NCBI GenBank assembly: GCA_964371215.1
Contig: CAYJKU010000003.1
Span: 14,458-78,457 of the forward strand
Source: an uncultured Clostridium sp.
GTDB taxonomy: Bacteria; Bacillota; Clostridia; TANB77; CAG-508
Direction: 5' to 3'
DNA: 64,000 nucleotides
Shown here one piece after another: positions 20,362-32,000 of the stretch. A program made the position numbers and the translations under genes. Every line of letters starts with the position of its first letter. The first letter of the stretch is position 1. Below the pieces are notes generated by a model. That model saw only the letters and a program-made list of their open reading frames with translations, was not told where the DNA came from and made no database searches.

Positions 20362-21894
20362 TTATATTTGATTATAATAATTCATGTTTAAATCTTTACC
20401 ATAATGCCACATTCCTATAAAATCTATAATTAGATATTCATCTAAGTTATATATCGGATCTTGTATAACTTCACCTTCTGAATCTATACTTCCCCATTTA
20501 CCATTTTGCTTAATGCCTGCATATCCGTATTCATTTTGTTTAGTTGCATCATCATATATGTGTTCTACAACTATATTTCCATCTTTATCTACAAATCCAT
20601 ATTTACCATCTTTTTTAGATATGTATAATGTATTATCTGGATATATGTCTGTTACATTTTTTTCTGAAAATGTATAGTCATAATATTTATATTCATCATT
20701 TTGCTTAATTTCTATATATGCTTTTTCACTATTTATTTGAATTAAATATCCAGTTTGTTTTAATTCAAAACTACTGTTATAGAATTCATTAGTAAAATCT
20801 TGATTTTCAGCTATATAAATATTAGCATTTTTACTATAACTGATATTATTATATACAAAATCCACCTTCACATTATTATCTATATCTATTATTCCATATT
20901 TCCCGTTTTGTTCTACTATAAATATTTCACTTTTAGCTTCTTTTATTCCATCATATTCTGGATTTATTAAAACTTGTTTTGATGTATCCATTACACCATA
21001 TTTATCATTTTGTATATATATTATTGATGTACCATTTTGACCAAATCTGATAATTTCATCAAATCCATCTTCTAATATCACTTCACCTAAATTATTTACT
21101 ACTTTTTGTTTTCCTTGTTCTGAAATAACATATAAACTATTTCCTGCTATCTGTTCTATTTTTTCATATTTAATTTCTAGTGCTATTTCTCCAGAGTAAT
21201 TTATTACTCCATATAAATTTTGTTCATTTTTTACTATAAATCCGGATTTTGAATCAGAACCTAATAACTGTATATCTAAATATTGATTTTCTAAAATCTT
21301 TTTACCTTCTAAATTTACAATTCCAAATTTCCCATCTTTTTCTACTTTTAATACATCTGATATTCCTAAAATTGATTCGATACTATCATATTCAGTATTT
21401 AATATTTTTTTACCAGCTAAATCAATTAAACCATATTTCCCATTTTCAGTTATTTTTAATACATCATCTTCATACCACATCTGACCATTTTCATATTTAT
21501 TTGGTATTGCTACTATTTCTTGATACATAGTAAATACTTCTTTATTATTACTATCTAATACTTTTGTTTTATATTCTCCAGTTGCATAATCTACATCATA
21601 TGTACATATAAATACATCTTCTTCACTATTTGGTATTATTATCATTTCCTCATATGACGGTTCTATTATTATTTCATTATTATTACTTATTACTCCCCAT
21701 TTGTTATCTTTAAAGATAGCAAAAAATTCTTCTTCTTTTGCACTAATAACAGACTCGCCATTAGATAATAATCCTACTATCATTACAATTGACATTATTA
21801 TCACTATAATAGCTAATATTACTGCAAAGACTTTTTTCATATTTAATTTAGGTTCTTCAAATCTTTTACCCGTACTTCTTGCCAATTTTATCAC
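20362..21894 (-). CDS. WG-repeat (KWG) containing membrane-anchored protein
   Basis: Repeated G(K/N)(Y/W/F)G(L/I/F/V)(I/V)D/N units: NKWGVISNN, GKYGLIDLAGKKIL, GKFGIVNLEGKKIL, GKYGIIDIDNN, GKYGFVDKDGNIVV, GKWGSIDSEGEVI. N-terminal TM present. The exact start is uncertain: the GTG at 21894 overlaps the SD, and a TTG at 21885 is possible. Confidence 0.75.
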   Translation of the reverse strand: MIKLARSTGKRFEEPKLNMKKVFAVILAIIVIIMSIVMIVGLLSNGESVISAKEEEFFAIFKDNKWGVISNNNEIIIEPSYEEMIIIPNSEEDVFICTYDVDYATGEYKTKVLDSNNKEVFTMYQEIVAIPNKYENGQMWYEDDVLKITENGKYGLIDLAGKKILNTEYDSIESILGISDVLKVEKDGKFGIVNLEGKKILENQYLDIQLLGSDSKSGFIVKNEQNLYGVINYSGEIALEIKYEKIEQIAGNSLYVISEQGKQKVVNNLGEVILEDGFDEIIRFGQNGTSIIYIQNDKYGVMDTSKQVLINPEYDGIKEAKSEIFIVEQNGKYGIIDIDNNVKVDFVYNNISYSKNANIYIAENQDFTNEFYNSSFELKQTGYLIQINSEKAYIEIKQNDEYKYYDYTFSEKNVTDIYPDNTLYISKKDGKYGFVDKDGNIVVEHIYDDATKQNEYGYAGIKQNGKWGSIDSEGEVIQDPIYNLDEYLIIDFIGMWHYGKDLNMNYYNQI

Positions 21895-21968
21895 TCCTTT
21901 TTTACATTTACACTATACCAAAAAGAATATTAAAAATCAAGTATAGCATTTATTTTAATTATATAATT

Positions 21969-22003
21969 TAAAAAGTTATTACAAATTAAATCTGTAATAA
22001 CTC
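21969..22003 (-). terminator. rho-independent terminator after spoIIE
   Basis: agttattaca / tgtaataact 10-bp perfect stem with a 9-nt loop, followed by TTTTT on the minus strand. Confidence 0.65.
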
Positions 22004-22014
22004 AACATTATTTT

Positions 22015-24453
22015 TTACTTCTCATTTATTTTAATTACGATTATACTCATATCATCTTTCGCTAATCCAAAATTATTGTCTATAGCTTCATTTAGTATCA
22101 AATCAGCAATTTTATTTGTATTTGTTGTTTCAATATCTTCTAATATATATTTTATCCATAACTCTTTATTTTTATATTCAATATTAGAATCTATTACACC
22201 ATCTGTACACATAAACATCAATTCACCTGTTTGAATTTCTCTTTCAAGTGATTGAACTTCTGCGTCTTCAATGATACCTGATGGTAATGAATCTGAACTT
22301 ATAACTTGAACTTTTTTATTAGTTTTAATATATGTAGGACATGCTCCACTTTTAATAAATTCTACTTTTCCTGCATATAAATCAAGTATAGCTATATCTA
22401 ATGTTGCAAATATTTCTTCACTTTGATTCATAAGTAAACCATTTATTAAATCTAAAGATATATCTTTATCAAAACCAGATATTAATAAATTTTCTAATAA
22501 ACTAAGTGCATGTTTACTACTCTTATTTGCATCTCTACCAGTTCCCATCCCATCACTTATCGCTATTAATTGTTTACCATCTTTAAGTCTTAAGTTCAAT
22601 ATGTTATCACCAGACATCTCACTTTCACTTTTAACAGCTTTTGCCGTCCCAAACGCCATTACATATTTATCATCAGATATTAACGCTAATTTTTTATTCT
22701 CTGATACTTGATCATTAATAACAATTGTTTCTTTTAATACCTTACTTACAATATTTTCTACGACTTTAACTTTAGATGTTTCTAATATCTGTTCTGTATA
22801 TATTTCTAATATATATCTTTCCGTTTTTTTGATATATATATCTTCAACTAATATATTTTTTTGTTTTAATAATTCAGATATCTCGACTTTTTCTCTTCCA
22901 TATTTTTGTTCTTCTTTTATATCTTCTTTCATTTCATCAGCCATTTTACTTATAGCAGATGATACTTTATTTAATTGTGAATGTATTACCTTTTTATTCT
23001 GTTCTACTTTTTTTCTCCATATAAAATCTGTTTTACTTATTCTATATGATAAATTTACTGTTCTTACTATTTCAGCAATATTTTCTTCTAATACTTTATT
23101 TGTTTTTTTATCTTCGAATTCTACTATATAATTATTTGATTCTTTAAATATATTTATTAATACTTCTTTGTCTATTTCTTGTTTATCTAATAAATATAAG
23201 AATATATTTTGAGATATTTTACCATCCATATCCACAACATCTTGATATAACATATTTTCTCTATATGGCTCCAAATTGTTAAGTAATTCTGCCATAAATA
23301 TATGTTTATTTGCATTTGTTTCTGTATTTTCTCCAAATGTTGAATTCTCAACAGCCTTATATGTTGTCGCCATTTCTTGAATTGCTTCTGACACATTATT
23401 TAAGTTCTCTGCCATTTCCCTATTTCTATTTAATGCTCTGTTAGGTACTGGTGGAAGAAATTTAGAATTTCCTACAAATTCTTCTAAATCTATTGTAAAT
23501 CCTCTAGGAATAACTAATAATCCTATTGATGCAATTAATATTTCATTAAAAAGAATTAACTCTGTTGTATATCCATTAGATACATATGCAAGTACAATAT
23601 TTCCTAATATAAAACCTACTATTACACCTATTTTGCCAAACTTATTTAGTATACCTGCTATCATACCAGATATTGCATATGCTGCTATCATTATTGGTTC
23701 TGTTCCTGTAATTACACCTAATGTAACACCTATTGTAACACCTGCAGTTGTACCAACTAAAATCCCATTTTTCCAACCTAGTATCATAACAATTAATATA
23801 CTTAAAATATTTCTTATACTAAATCCCAAAATATTTAAATCTCCAAATGCTGTTACTGCTATTGAAAGAAGTATACTTGCCCCTATTACCTCTTCAATTG
23901 AAAAAGCTCTTTTTTCTCTAAAATCCTGAAGTACTACAATTGAATTTACAAATATTTTATAAAATACTAGTGCAATAATTGAAAGTGTAACACTAGATAG
24001 TATGTCATAAATTGTAAAACCTGTAATTGCAAATTGTACTATTTGTACTAACATCATAGATAATATTATATTTTTACCTATTTTAATTTTTTCATTTCTT
24101 CCATTTTCATTATATTTAGGCTTAAATATTAACATTGAAACAACTAATGTTAAAACAGATAAAAAATATCCTAAAGCTCCCATTGTTCCATATCTTATTA
24201 AATTCCCTATTAATGATATTACTATTATTCCTATTGCTGGTACTCCAGTTGAAAAACATGCTCCTAATATACTTATGGAAAATATTGAATACTGTCCATC
24301 TCCACTTACTAATGAAAGCATAAGTGCAATTATATATATAGCTAAATTTTTCTTTTCATATATATTAGTTAAAAATTTTAATTTCCCTAATTTGTTTTCA
24401 AGGATTTCTTTAATATTAAATGTATTTTGATTTATATTTTCATTTTGATACAT
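22015..24453 (-). CDS. spoIIE: stage II sporulation protein E (PP2C phosphatase with polytopic N-terminal domain)
   Basis: About 330 aa of multiple TM helices, a central regulatory region, and a C-terminal PP2C-like domain (SGDNILNL, AISDGMGTG, FMCTDGV). Start set at the ATG at 24453 after GAGGTGG. Confidence 0.85.
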   Translation of the reverse strand: MYQNENINQNTFNIKEILENKLGKLKFLTNIYEKKNLAIYIIALMLSLVSGDGQYSIFSISILGACFSTGVPAIGIIVISLIGNLIRYGTMGALGYFLSVLTLVVSMLIFKPKYNENGRNEKIKIGKNIILSMMLVQIVQFAITGFTIYDILSSVTLSIIALVFYKIFVNSIVVLQDFREKRAFSIEEVIGASILLSIAVTAFGDLNILGFSIRNILSILIVMILGWKNGILVGTTAGVTIGVTLGVITGTEPIMIAAYAISGMIAGILNKFGKIGVIVGFILGNIVLAYVSNGYTTELILFNEILIASIGLLVIPRGFTIDLEEFVGNSKFLPPVPNRALNRNREMAENLNNVSEAIQEMATTYKAVENSTFGENTETNANKHIFMAELLNNLEPYRENMLYQDVVDMDGKISQNIFLYLLDKQEIDKEVLINIFKESNNYIVEFEDKKTNKVLEENIAEIVRTVNLSYRISKTDFIWRKKVEQNKKVIHSQLNKVSSAISKMADEMKEDIKEEQKYGREKVEISELLKQKNILVEDIYIKKTERYILEIYTEQILETSKVKVVENIVSKVLKETIVINDQVSENKKLALISDDKYVMAFGTAKAVKSESEMSGDNILNLRLKDGKQLIAISDGMGTGRDANKSSKHALSLLENLLISGFDKDISLDLINGLLMNQSEEIFATLDIAILDLYAGKVEFIKSGACPTYIKTNKKVQVISSDSLPSGIIEDAEVQSLEREIQTGELMFMCTDGVIDSNIEYKNKELWIKYILEDIETTNTNKIADLILNEAIDNNFGLAKDDMSIIVIKINEK

Positions 24454-24711
24454 CCCTACCACCTCTTCTTTTTTTATGTGTTTATTTTACTACTTGTCCT
24501 TTGTGGTTTTTGTCTTTTCTAGTCAGTATATTATAAAAAGTTTTTTTCATTTTATGATATATTTTTTAAATCTTTTTTCCTCTTTTTGACTTTTTATAGA
24601 CAATCTTTATATTATTTTTCTAATTATTGATTTTTTTATCTTTTATGAATCTCATTTTATTACATTTTGTGCATAAAATCAATATTTGAAAGAATAAATT
24701 TAAAAATATCC

Positions 24712-24747
24712 CAAAAGAAAAAAGAGCTTTCTTTTGAAAACTCTTTT
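24712..24747 (-). terminator. rho-independent terminator after the 1377-aa surface protein gene
   Basis: aaagag(c)tttc / gaaa(a)ctcttt stem with a 4-nt loop, followed by a T-run on the minus strand. Confidence 0.6.
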
Positions 24748-24771
24748 AACTGTATTTACTAATAAAATCTA

Positions 24772-24891
24772 TTAGTCATTTTTTAATACTTTTTTCTTAA
24801 TTATTATAGTTCCTATTGCTAATACTCCTAATGATATAACAGTTATAGCTATTGGTACTATGTAATTTAAGTTATCACCTGTATTTGGTGT
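24772..24891 (-). other. C-terminal sorting-signal-like region (PNTGD motif, TM helix, basic tail)
   Basis: The last 39 aa are TPNTGDNLNYIVPIAITVISLGVLAIGTIIIKKKVLKND. Confidence 0.6.
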
Positions 24892-27800
24892 TATAATTAC
24901 TCTTTCAGCTAAATCTTCATCCATTTCTTTACTTGATGTACCTGGTACATAGTTACCTGGAATTGTTGTTAATCTAGCTCCACCATTTTGATTTACTTTG
25001 ATAATTTCAGTTTCATTATCTAATTCAATATCTTCAGATATTGAAAGTAATTTACTTACATTTAAATCAAGTACCTTATTATTTGCTGCAGTGATTTCAA
25101 AAATATCATCTGAATATAATATTGTTCTTTCATCAAACATTTCAACCTCATCTGGGTTATATGTTAATAAATCTCTAATTTCAGATATATTTGTTACTTC
25201 CCATGTACTATCACCTTCAAATGCCCAATCAGAATCTAAGTAATCTACTATACCTTCAATTTGAAGTTTAACTTCATTTACTCTATTAGTTCCATATTCA
25301 TAATATTCTTGAGTTAAATAATCTACCTCACTCATATTAGCTACTTCAAATGCATAACTTACTTCTAATGTTGCACCTTGTGTAATTTCTGGATCTAATT
25401 CTATTTTTACAAATCCATTTGCTGGATTAGCAAAATCTGATTGTGGTATATGTGTTAATGTTCCAATTTCACCTGATAAAGTTCCATCTTCTGCAATTTG
25501 TGTGTCTACTAATGTTTGTCCATTTGCTGATACTAATTTCACTTCATCAACTCTCTTATCCATTGATAATACTTGTCTTGCTCTTTCAACTATACCAAAG
25601 TCAATGTTTCTAATTTCATTAACATATTCTTCACCTGTTAAAATTGTATTTGCTGGTATATTTTCAATTTTAACTGACATTTCAGGTGTTCTTGCATCCA
25701 TTTTAGTAGTTACAAATTCATTATTTACTATTTCTTCATCAATTGTTTGTCTAGTTGAATAGTTATCTAAAGCATCAGATTTTCTTGTATCTACATCTTC
25801 TTGATACCATAATGTATCAGACTGATCTCTATTTACATCATATACTGTTGCTTTATAGCTTTGTACTGTATACGATTCATCTCCCCAGTTATATGTTATA
25901 ACATATTCACCTGGTATATATCCTGAAAGTTGATAGTTACCATTACTATCTGTTGTAGTTGTTATTTGTGCTACTTTTCCATTTACTTCTTCTAAAATAA
26001 CTTCTACGCCTTCAAGTGTTTTTTCTCCATCTGTATAAATACCGTCACCTTGTCTAATTTCTCCTGTTTGTAATTCACTTGATGTACTATCTACGAATAC
26101 AGTACCAGATGTAGTTCTTTCTTCTTTAAGAACTAATTTTATACCTGGTGCAAAATCTGTATCATCTTGGATTGTTGTCCTATCATCTATATCTACATTC
26201 CCTGGATTAGAATCAACATCTACTCCTGCATATACATTTGTATAATTAGAGTTCTCATATGTTCCATATTCGAATATTTCAAATATAGCATTAAATGTAT
26301 CGTTTCCTGTTACACTTCCATTTTCATCAAATATACTTGATATACTATCTCTTGAAATTTTGTATTCAATATATATTACACTTTGTTGTTGTGGTCCTAC
26401 ATTAATTCCATTTTCTGATGTAATTAATCCAGCTGTATAATTTCCTGTTGTACCAGATGTTTGGAATTCCATTCCTGAATCTTGTATAACTTTTCCATTA
26501 CTATCTAGTGTTGTACCTACACTCATTATTTCATATCTACTATCTATATAGTTAGAAATCATTTGAACTTTCGAATATAAGTTTGTTGATTGATTTTGAA
26601 TTCCTACTTGATATGTTAAATATAATTGTAATTCTTCGTTTTCATTTGTAGATTCGAATTCGTAATCTGATTTGTATACTGGTCTTGAATATGCTTCACT
26701 GCCATATTTTTCTCCGAATTTTACACCTACATCATATCCATCTAATTCTGCATTTGCAAATCTACTAGAATATAAGTATGTTTGTGCTTGTCCATTTATT
26801 TCTAATCTAACATTATTTATATCACTTTTTAGAGCTAAATCTGGTTGTTCTCTTAAATATATACCTAAATTTATATTTGTAATTTCTGTACTTAAAGCAC
26901 TTCCAGAAACTGGATCAAATCCTGTTGTAATTGTATAATTAGCATCCTTTGTTGTTGCAACAATTGGGAAGTAATTATTATCATTTAATGAAGATGTTCC
27001 ATTTGCTTTATCTAAATCATATTGTAATGTATGAACATTTTGATTTTGAGTATTTAATGTTATACCTTCTGATTCATTATTTGATGAATTAGGCATAATT
27101 CTTGTGAAATTATTATCAAATGTATTTCTTGTATTGACATTTTCGATAGCTTTTGACCCATTTGCTACAGTTATGTTAGATGAGACATTTGCATAATCTA
27201 ACCCATCATATTCAAACTCTATATAATGTGTATCTAAATTAGTTAGAGGAACTTCTGTAAATGTATATGCACCATTTGAATTTGTTATTGTTTGTTTTAT
27301 AACATTTCCTGTACTATCTTTTAATTTTACTGTAATACCTTCCACTAATCTATCAATTGTACTATCATCATACAAATCGTTTCTAATTGATGTTTTCCCA
27401 TCAACTCTATCTTCCCATACATATCCTGATAACCTAATTTCTGTTTGAACATTTCTTACTTTAACAGTATTTTCTCCTGCTTCAATTTCAAATGTTGTAT
27501 CTGTTTCTACTATATCATATCCATAATTTGGATTTGTTACTTCTATTGCTGAATATGTTCCTGTTTTTAATCCATCAATATCTATAACACCATTTCTATC
27601 TGTTTTAAATACTGTTGCACTATTTACATTTGTTGTATATGAAATTACTCCACTTGAACTTTTTACAACATATTCATTTGTATCATTATTTTTGATTTTA
27701 AATCCTACATTTGAAAGTGGAATTTCTTCTGTTTCTAGACTGTCTGATTGTCTTACTTTCACTAATTTAAGATTTCCTGATAACTCAATATCAAGTGGTA

Positions 27801-28905
27801 TATCTAATTCTAACTCTTGTGCTGCTGATGAAGAAGTAACATATACTACATTTTGGTAACTCTCTCCATTTTTTCTTTCCATAAAAGTTAATTTTGCTGA
27901 ATGTACATCTACAGCATTTGTTTTCAAGTTTACTCCTGTGATTGCTGTAGCTCCTGTGTTATTAGGAATTAATAGATAAAAGTTTATTTTTGAACCAATC
28001 ATGTTTTCTTCAAGTTCAACTAATTGAGATCCATTATATCTACAATATTTTACTCCTGATATTACTTGCCCGTTTTGATTTAAAACATTTATTTCTTTTA
28101 AGCTCTCTGGTAAAGTAACATTAAATGGTCCTATTTGTGTATAACTTACTGTATTTAATACAACATTTCTAGTTACAACATTTCCTGTATTATTTACGAT
28201 CGTTGTACTAGTAGAGTTTTCGCTTAAATACTTGTTTGCACCATTCATTACATTTTTAAGTCTTGTCTGTTGATTATCACTTGTATCAAATCCTAATTCT
28301 GCATCTGTTCCAATCAATTTTAGTGAATAATCTTGGATCATATAATCTAATACATTATTTCCTGTTTTTTTAGACCAAGTTGGTAAATAATTCCACATCC
28401 ATAACGCTAAATCTCCATATGTTCCTCCAGTTGCATCATTTGGACTTTTATAATGATGCCATTTAGATGGATATATATCTGTACTTCCTGATAATAATGT
28501 ATTTATATTACTATTAGAACTATTATAATCCCATAACGCTGGATATCTAGATATTAAATATCCTAAATATTTGTTTTGATCATTTGTTGAAGATGTTGTT
28601 GCAACTCCACTTTCAGTTGTATATGTTATATCTGCTTTATCTCCAATTAATTCAACTTGTGCTTTTACAATATACTCAAATGTTCCTGCTGGAAATGATG
28701 TGTTTTTTTCTGTACAAAATAATTGTACATCTCTATAATAATCATCATTTGCTCCACTAACATTTATTGTTACAGAACTTCCAATTCCATTTCCTGCATA
28801 TCCATCATTAACTGATATAGCTTGAACTTCATTATTGATACTTACAAGTATTATAATAATTGCAGCAAACAATATACTTGTTATTATTTTAATCATTTTA
28901 TTCAT
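24772..28905 (-). CDS. giant surface-anchored adhesin-like protein (Cna-B / SdrD-B type modules, possible degenerate thioester-like N-domain)
   Basis: Signal peptide MNKMIKIITSILFAAIIIILVSINNEVQA. Cna-B-like TGTYSAIEVTNPNYGY. Two SdrD-B-like modules (SGYVWEDRVDGK...SNGAYTF; DSNGNYQLSGYIPGEYVITY). C-terminal tripartite sorting signal. Confidence 0.8.
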   Translation of the reverse strand: MNKMIKIITSILFAAIIIILVSINNEVQAISVNDGYAGNGIGSSVTINVSGANDDYYRDVQLFCTEKNTSFPAGTFEYIVKAQVELIGDKADITYTTESGVATTSSTNDQNKYLGYLISRYPALWDYNSSNSNINTLLSGSTDIYPSKWHHYKSPNDATGGTYGDLALWMWNYLPTWSKKTGNNVLDYMIQDYSLKLIGTDAELGFDTSDNQQTRLKNVMNGANKYLSENSTSTTIVNNTGNVVTRNVVLNTVSYTQIGPFNVTLPESLKEINVLNQNGQVISGVKYCRYNGSQLVELEENMIGSKINFYLLIPNNTGATAITGVNLKTNAVDVHSAKLTFMERKNGESYQNVVYVTSSSAAQELELDIPLDIELSGNLKLVKVRQSDSLETEEIPLSNVGFKIKNNDTNEYVVKSSSGVISYTTNVNSATVFKTDRNGVIDIDGLKTGTYSAIEVTNPNYGYDIVETDTTFEIEAGENTVKVRNVQTEIRLSGYVWEDRVDGKTSIRNDLYDDSTIDRLVEGITVKLKDSTGNVIKQTITNSNGAYTFTEVPLTNLDTHYIEFEYDGLDYANVSSNITVANGSKAIENVNTRNTFDNNFTRIMPNSSNNESEGITLNTQNQNVHTLQYDLDKANGTSSLNDNNYFPIVATTKDANYTITTGFDPVSGSALSTEITNINLGIYLREQPDLALKSDINNVRLEINGQAQTYLYSSRFANAELDGYDVGVKFGEKYGSEAYSRPVYKSDYEFESTNENEELQLYLTYQVGIQNQSTNLYSKVQMISNYIDSRYEIMSVGTTLDSNGKVIQDSGMEFQTSGTTGNYTAGLITSENGINVGPQQQSVIYIEYKISRDSISSIFDENGSVTGNDTFNAIFEIFEYGTYENSNYTNVYAGVDVDSNPGNVDIDDRTTIQDDTDFAPGIKLVLKEERTTSGTVFVDSTSSELQTGEIRQGDGIYTDGEKTLEGVEVILEEVNGKVAQITTTTDSNGNYQLSGYIPGEYVITYNWGDESYTVQSYKATVYDVNRDQSDTLWYQEDVDTRKSDALDNYSTRQTIDEEIVNNEFVTTKMDARTPEMSVKIENIPANTILTGEEYVNEIRNIDFGIVERARQVLSMDKRVDEVKLVSANGQTLVDTQIAEDGTLSGEIGTLTHIPQSDFANPANGFVKIELDPEITQGATLEVSYAFEVANMSEVDYLTQEYYEYGTNRVNEVKLQIEGIVDYLDSDWAFEGDSTWEVTNISEIRDLLTYNPDEVEMFDERTILYSDDIFEITAANNKVLDLNVSKLLSISEDIELDNETEIIKVNQNGGARLTTIPGNYVPGTSSKEMDEDLAERVIITPNTGDNLNYIVPIAITVISLGVLAIGTIIIKKKVLKND

Positions 28906-28924
28906 TTAAAATTCCTCCTTTCTA

Positions 28925-29044
28925 CTATATTTTATTTTTCATTTTTTTATTTCGACCCACTAGTATAATTGCTACTATTGCTAATCCTATTATACCTGTT
29001 ATTGTACCTACTAAGATATAGATATCTCCACCTGTTTCAATACC
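28925..29044 (-). other. C-terminal sorting-signal-like region (IETGG motif, TM helix, basic tail)
   Basis: The last 39 aa are GIETGGDIYILVGTITGIIGLAIVAIILVGRNKKMKNKI. Confidence 0.5.
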
Positions 29045-32000
29045 AATTATTAAATCAGCTAATCCCATATCATTTTCATCTTTTACTTTATTACCTGGTG
29101 TTGAATTAATATCTGAAATTCCTAATTCATTGTAATCTTCATCAATTTCAGCTGTATTATTTACTAGTCCAAGATTGTTTTGAGTCATAGTTTTTGTTAA
29201 AACTAACTTTATCTCTCTTGTTTCACCTGGTTTGATTACATCATTTACTAATGTTGTATTATATAAAACACCTTCTGTTTGATACCACGTATTATTCATT
29301 TCAGAAGAGAATTCTAAATCACTTGGTATATAATCTGCAATCTTTCTTACTTGTCCTTCTACTTCACCACTATTTACGATTTCAATTACATATTCAATTA
29401 TAACTGTTGATCCACTTACATATCTACTATCAATTTCAACTTTTGCAAGTGTTTCTTTATTATATTGGAATTGTGTTGTTCCTTCATTGTTTTGAAGTAT
29501 GACTTTACTTACATATTTGTTTAATTCTAAATCAAAATCTTTTAATTCGATTAAACCTATATTTACATCTGATATATTTCCATCAGTTATTACAATTATA
29601 TCTGTTGATGGCACAGTTTTTGTTTCATTATCCACTACTAATTCAGTCATTGTAGCATTTGAATTTACTGTTTCTGCTGCTCCTTCAACTTTATACTTTG
29701 TAACTCCATATTTACTATCAAATTCAAATATTACTATATATGAACCTTCATCAATATTTTCTAATAAATATACACCTTTTTCATCTGTTGTTACTTCTAA
29801 TATACTTCCATCAGTTTTTCTAACTAATGTATTTTTTTCTGAATCTAATAATGTTACTTTAACATCTTTTAATATTGGTTCTCCTGAATCTTTAATACCA
29901 TTTGTATTTAAATCTTCCCAAGCAACACCACTTATTAATTGATTTCCATCTGCAATTGTTGGATCTTCTGGATCTACATTTGGATCTTCTGGGTCTTCTG
30001 GATCAGTACCAGGATCTTCAGTATCAATATTTGCTTCAATTATATGGATTATTTCATCTGTTCTACCTTCTTCTATACCATTTATTTCTAATATAGCATA
30101 ATTTGATATTGTCTCTGCACTTTCTCTTATAGACGAATAATCTACAATGGCTTCAATTTGAATTTTTAAAATTTGATTTGGTTTTAACACTAAATCCATT
30201 CTAATTTCATTTCCATATATTTCTTCTTGATACTCTACTCCATCTACTAAAATTCTTGTTATTGTTAATTGATTTGGAATCATATCTGTAACTTTAACTT
30301 GTACTACTTCTGTATTTTGATTGTTACTTATTTCTAAATCATATACTATTGTATCATTTGTTTTAACATATTTTGGCGTCTCTGTAGACATAACTATGTC
30401 TACATCATGCACATATATTTCATCTGTCCAAACATTTGATTTATATTCTACATTATCTTTTACAGCACTTACACTTACATTAGTTTGTCCTATAAGTTCA
30501 TTTTCTATGTTTTTAATTGACATTATAAATATATATGTAGCTTTAGCACCTGGCTCAATGCTATCGATTACGACAGGAGCATTACTATCTAATTCCACAC
30601 TTTTTGAATTACTTGTATTAATAATTTTAAATATTTCTAAATTTTCAGAATAATTCATATTAAGAGAAATATCATTTTGCACTTCTGATGAAATATTTTC
30701 TACTATTGCTAAATATTCTACTGTTCCATGTTCATATATATCATCATCCATTTCAGTAATTCTTTTAATTGTAGTACTGATTACACCTTTTTTAACTATA
30801 TTTTTAACCTGACTTAATTCTACTATTGCCCCATTATACTGCATACTTCCTGTTCCTATTATTTCTGTATTTTCTGCAGTATCTGCTTTAACTTTTACTT
30901 CATATTCTATAATTTCTACTTCTCCAACTTTTAAACTATCAATAGTTTTAACATATGTTGTATCAGATAATTCTAGATAATATTCATCACCTGAATATTC
31001 AAATTCTGGCATAACACTTAATAATGTTGTTCCTTCATCTATGTTTCCTGTTATTTTAACATCAGTAACATCTACTGTTCCTGTGTTTTCTACTCTTACA
31101 CTATATTTAATAACTTCACCATTTTTAACTTCGTTATTTATTATAGGTTGACCTGCAACAGTTGCAGATATTTGTGCTTTTACTTCTGGTCCAACACCTG
31201 TATTTAACTCAATGTTTGTAGATTGTAATGTATTTTCAATTGATGATACAGTATTTGTATATTTTACTTGGTAATTAACATCTGTTTTTTGGTTATATAC
31301 TAAATTTGCTGGTATTGCAATTGAGTATCTACCTTCTATAATTTCTCCACTTGCCATTGGATTATTTACAACAACCAAATATTTTTTAACTAGTGTTCCA
31401 TTATCTATTGTTGTTTTCCATCCATTTGATGTATTTGTAACATCATCTGTTGCATTTTCATTTTCTGTATAATATATAGTTATATCATTTGTTGTAGTAA
31501 CTGCCATATTAGCTGTTACACTTACATTCATGTTGTTATTTGTATTATTTGTCGGGAAATTCCCCATTATTTTTACATCTTTAATTGATTCAGAATTATT
31601 ATTTATAACTTCAAATCCTAATTCTAAGTTTTTAACTTCTTGTCCTACTTCTATATCAATAACAGATTCTTCTTGTCCTGCTAAAACTTCTTTACCTAAT
31701 GAAGGTATAGTACTTACAAGTGTTACATCTGTTGCAGCGACTGTTTTAATTTTCGCAGTTTCTTCACCATATGTTGTAACTTCATATCTATTAGCATTTT
31801 CATTAGTATATTTCATAACAATTGAATTTTCTGCTGTTGTAGCTTTTGCATTAACTGTTAAGTCTACATCAACTAATACTAATGTATTTAATGTTGGATA
31901 AGCTATTTGCTCACCTTCTAAATCAATAATAATATCTCTTCCGTTTACAGAATAGTTTTTAATCGCTAAACCTTCTGCATACATTAATTCAACATTTTTT

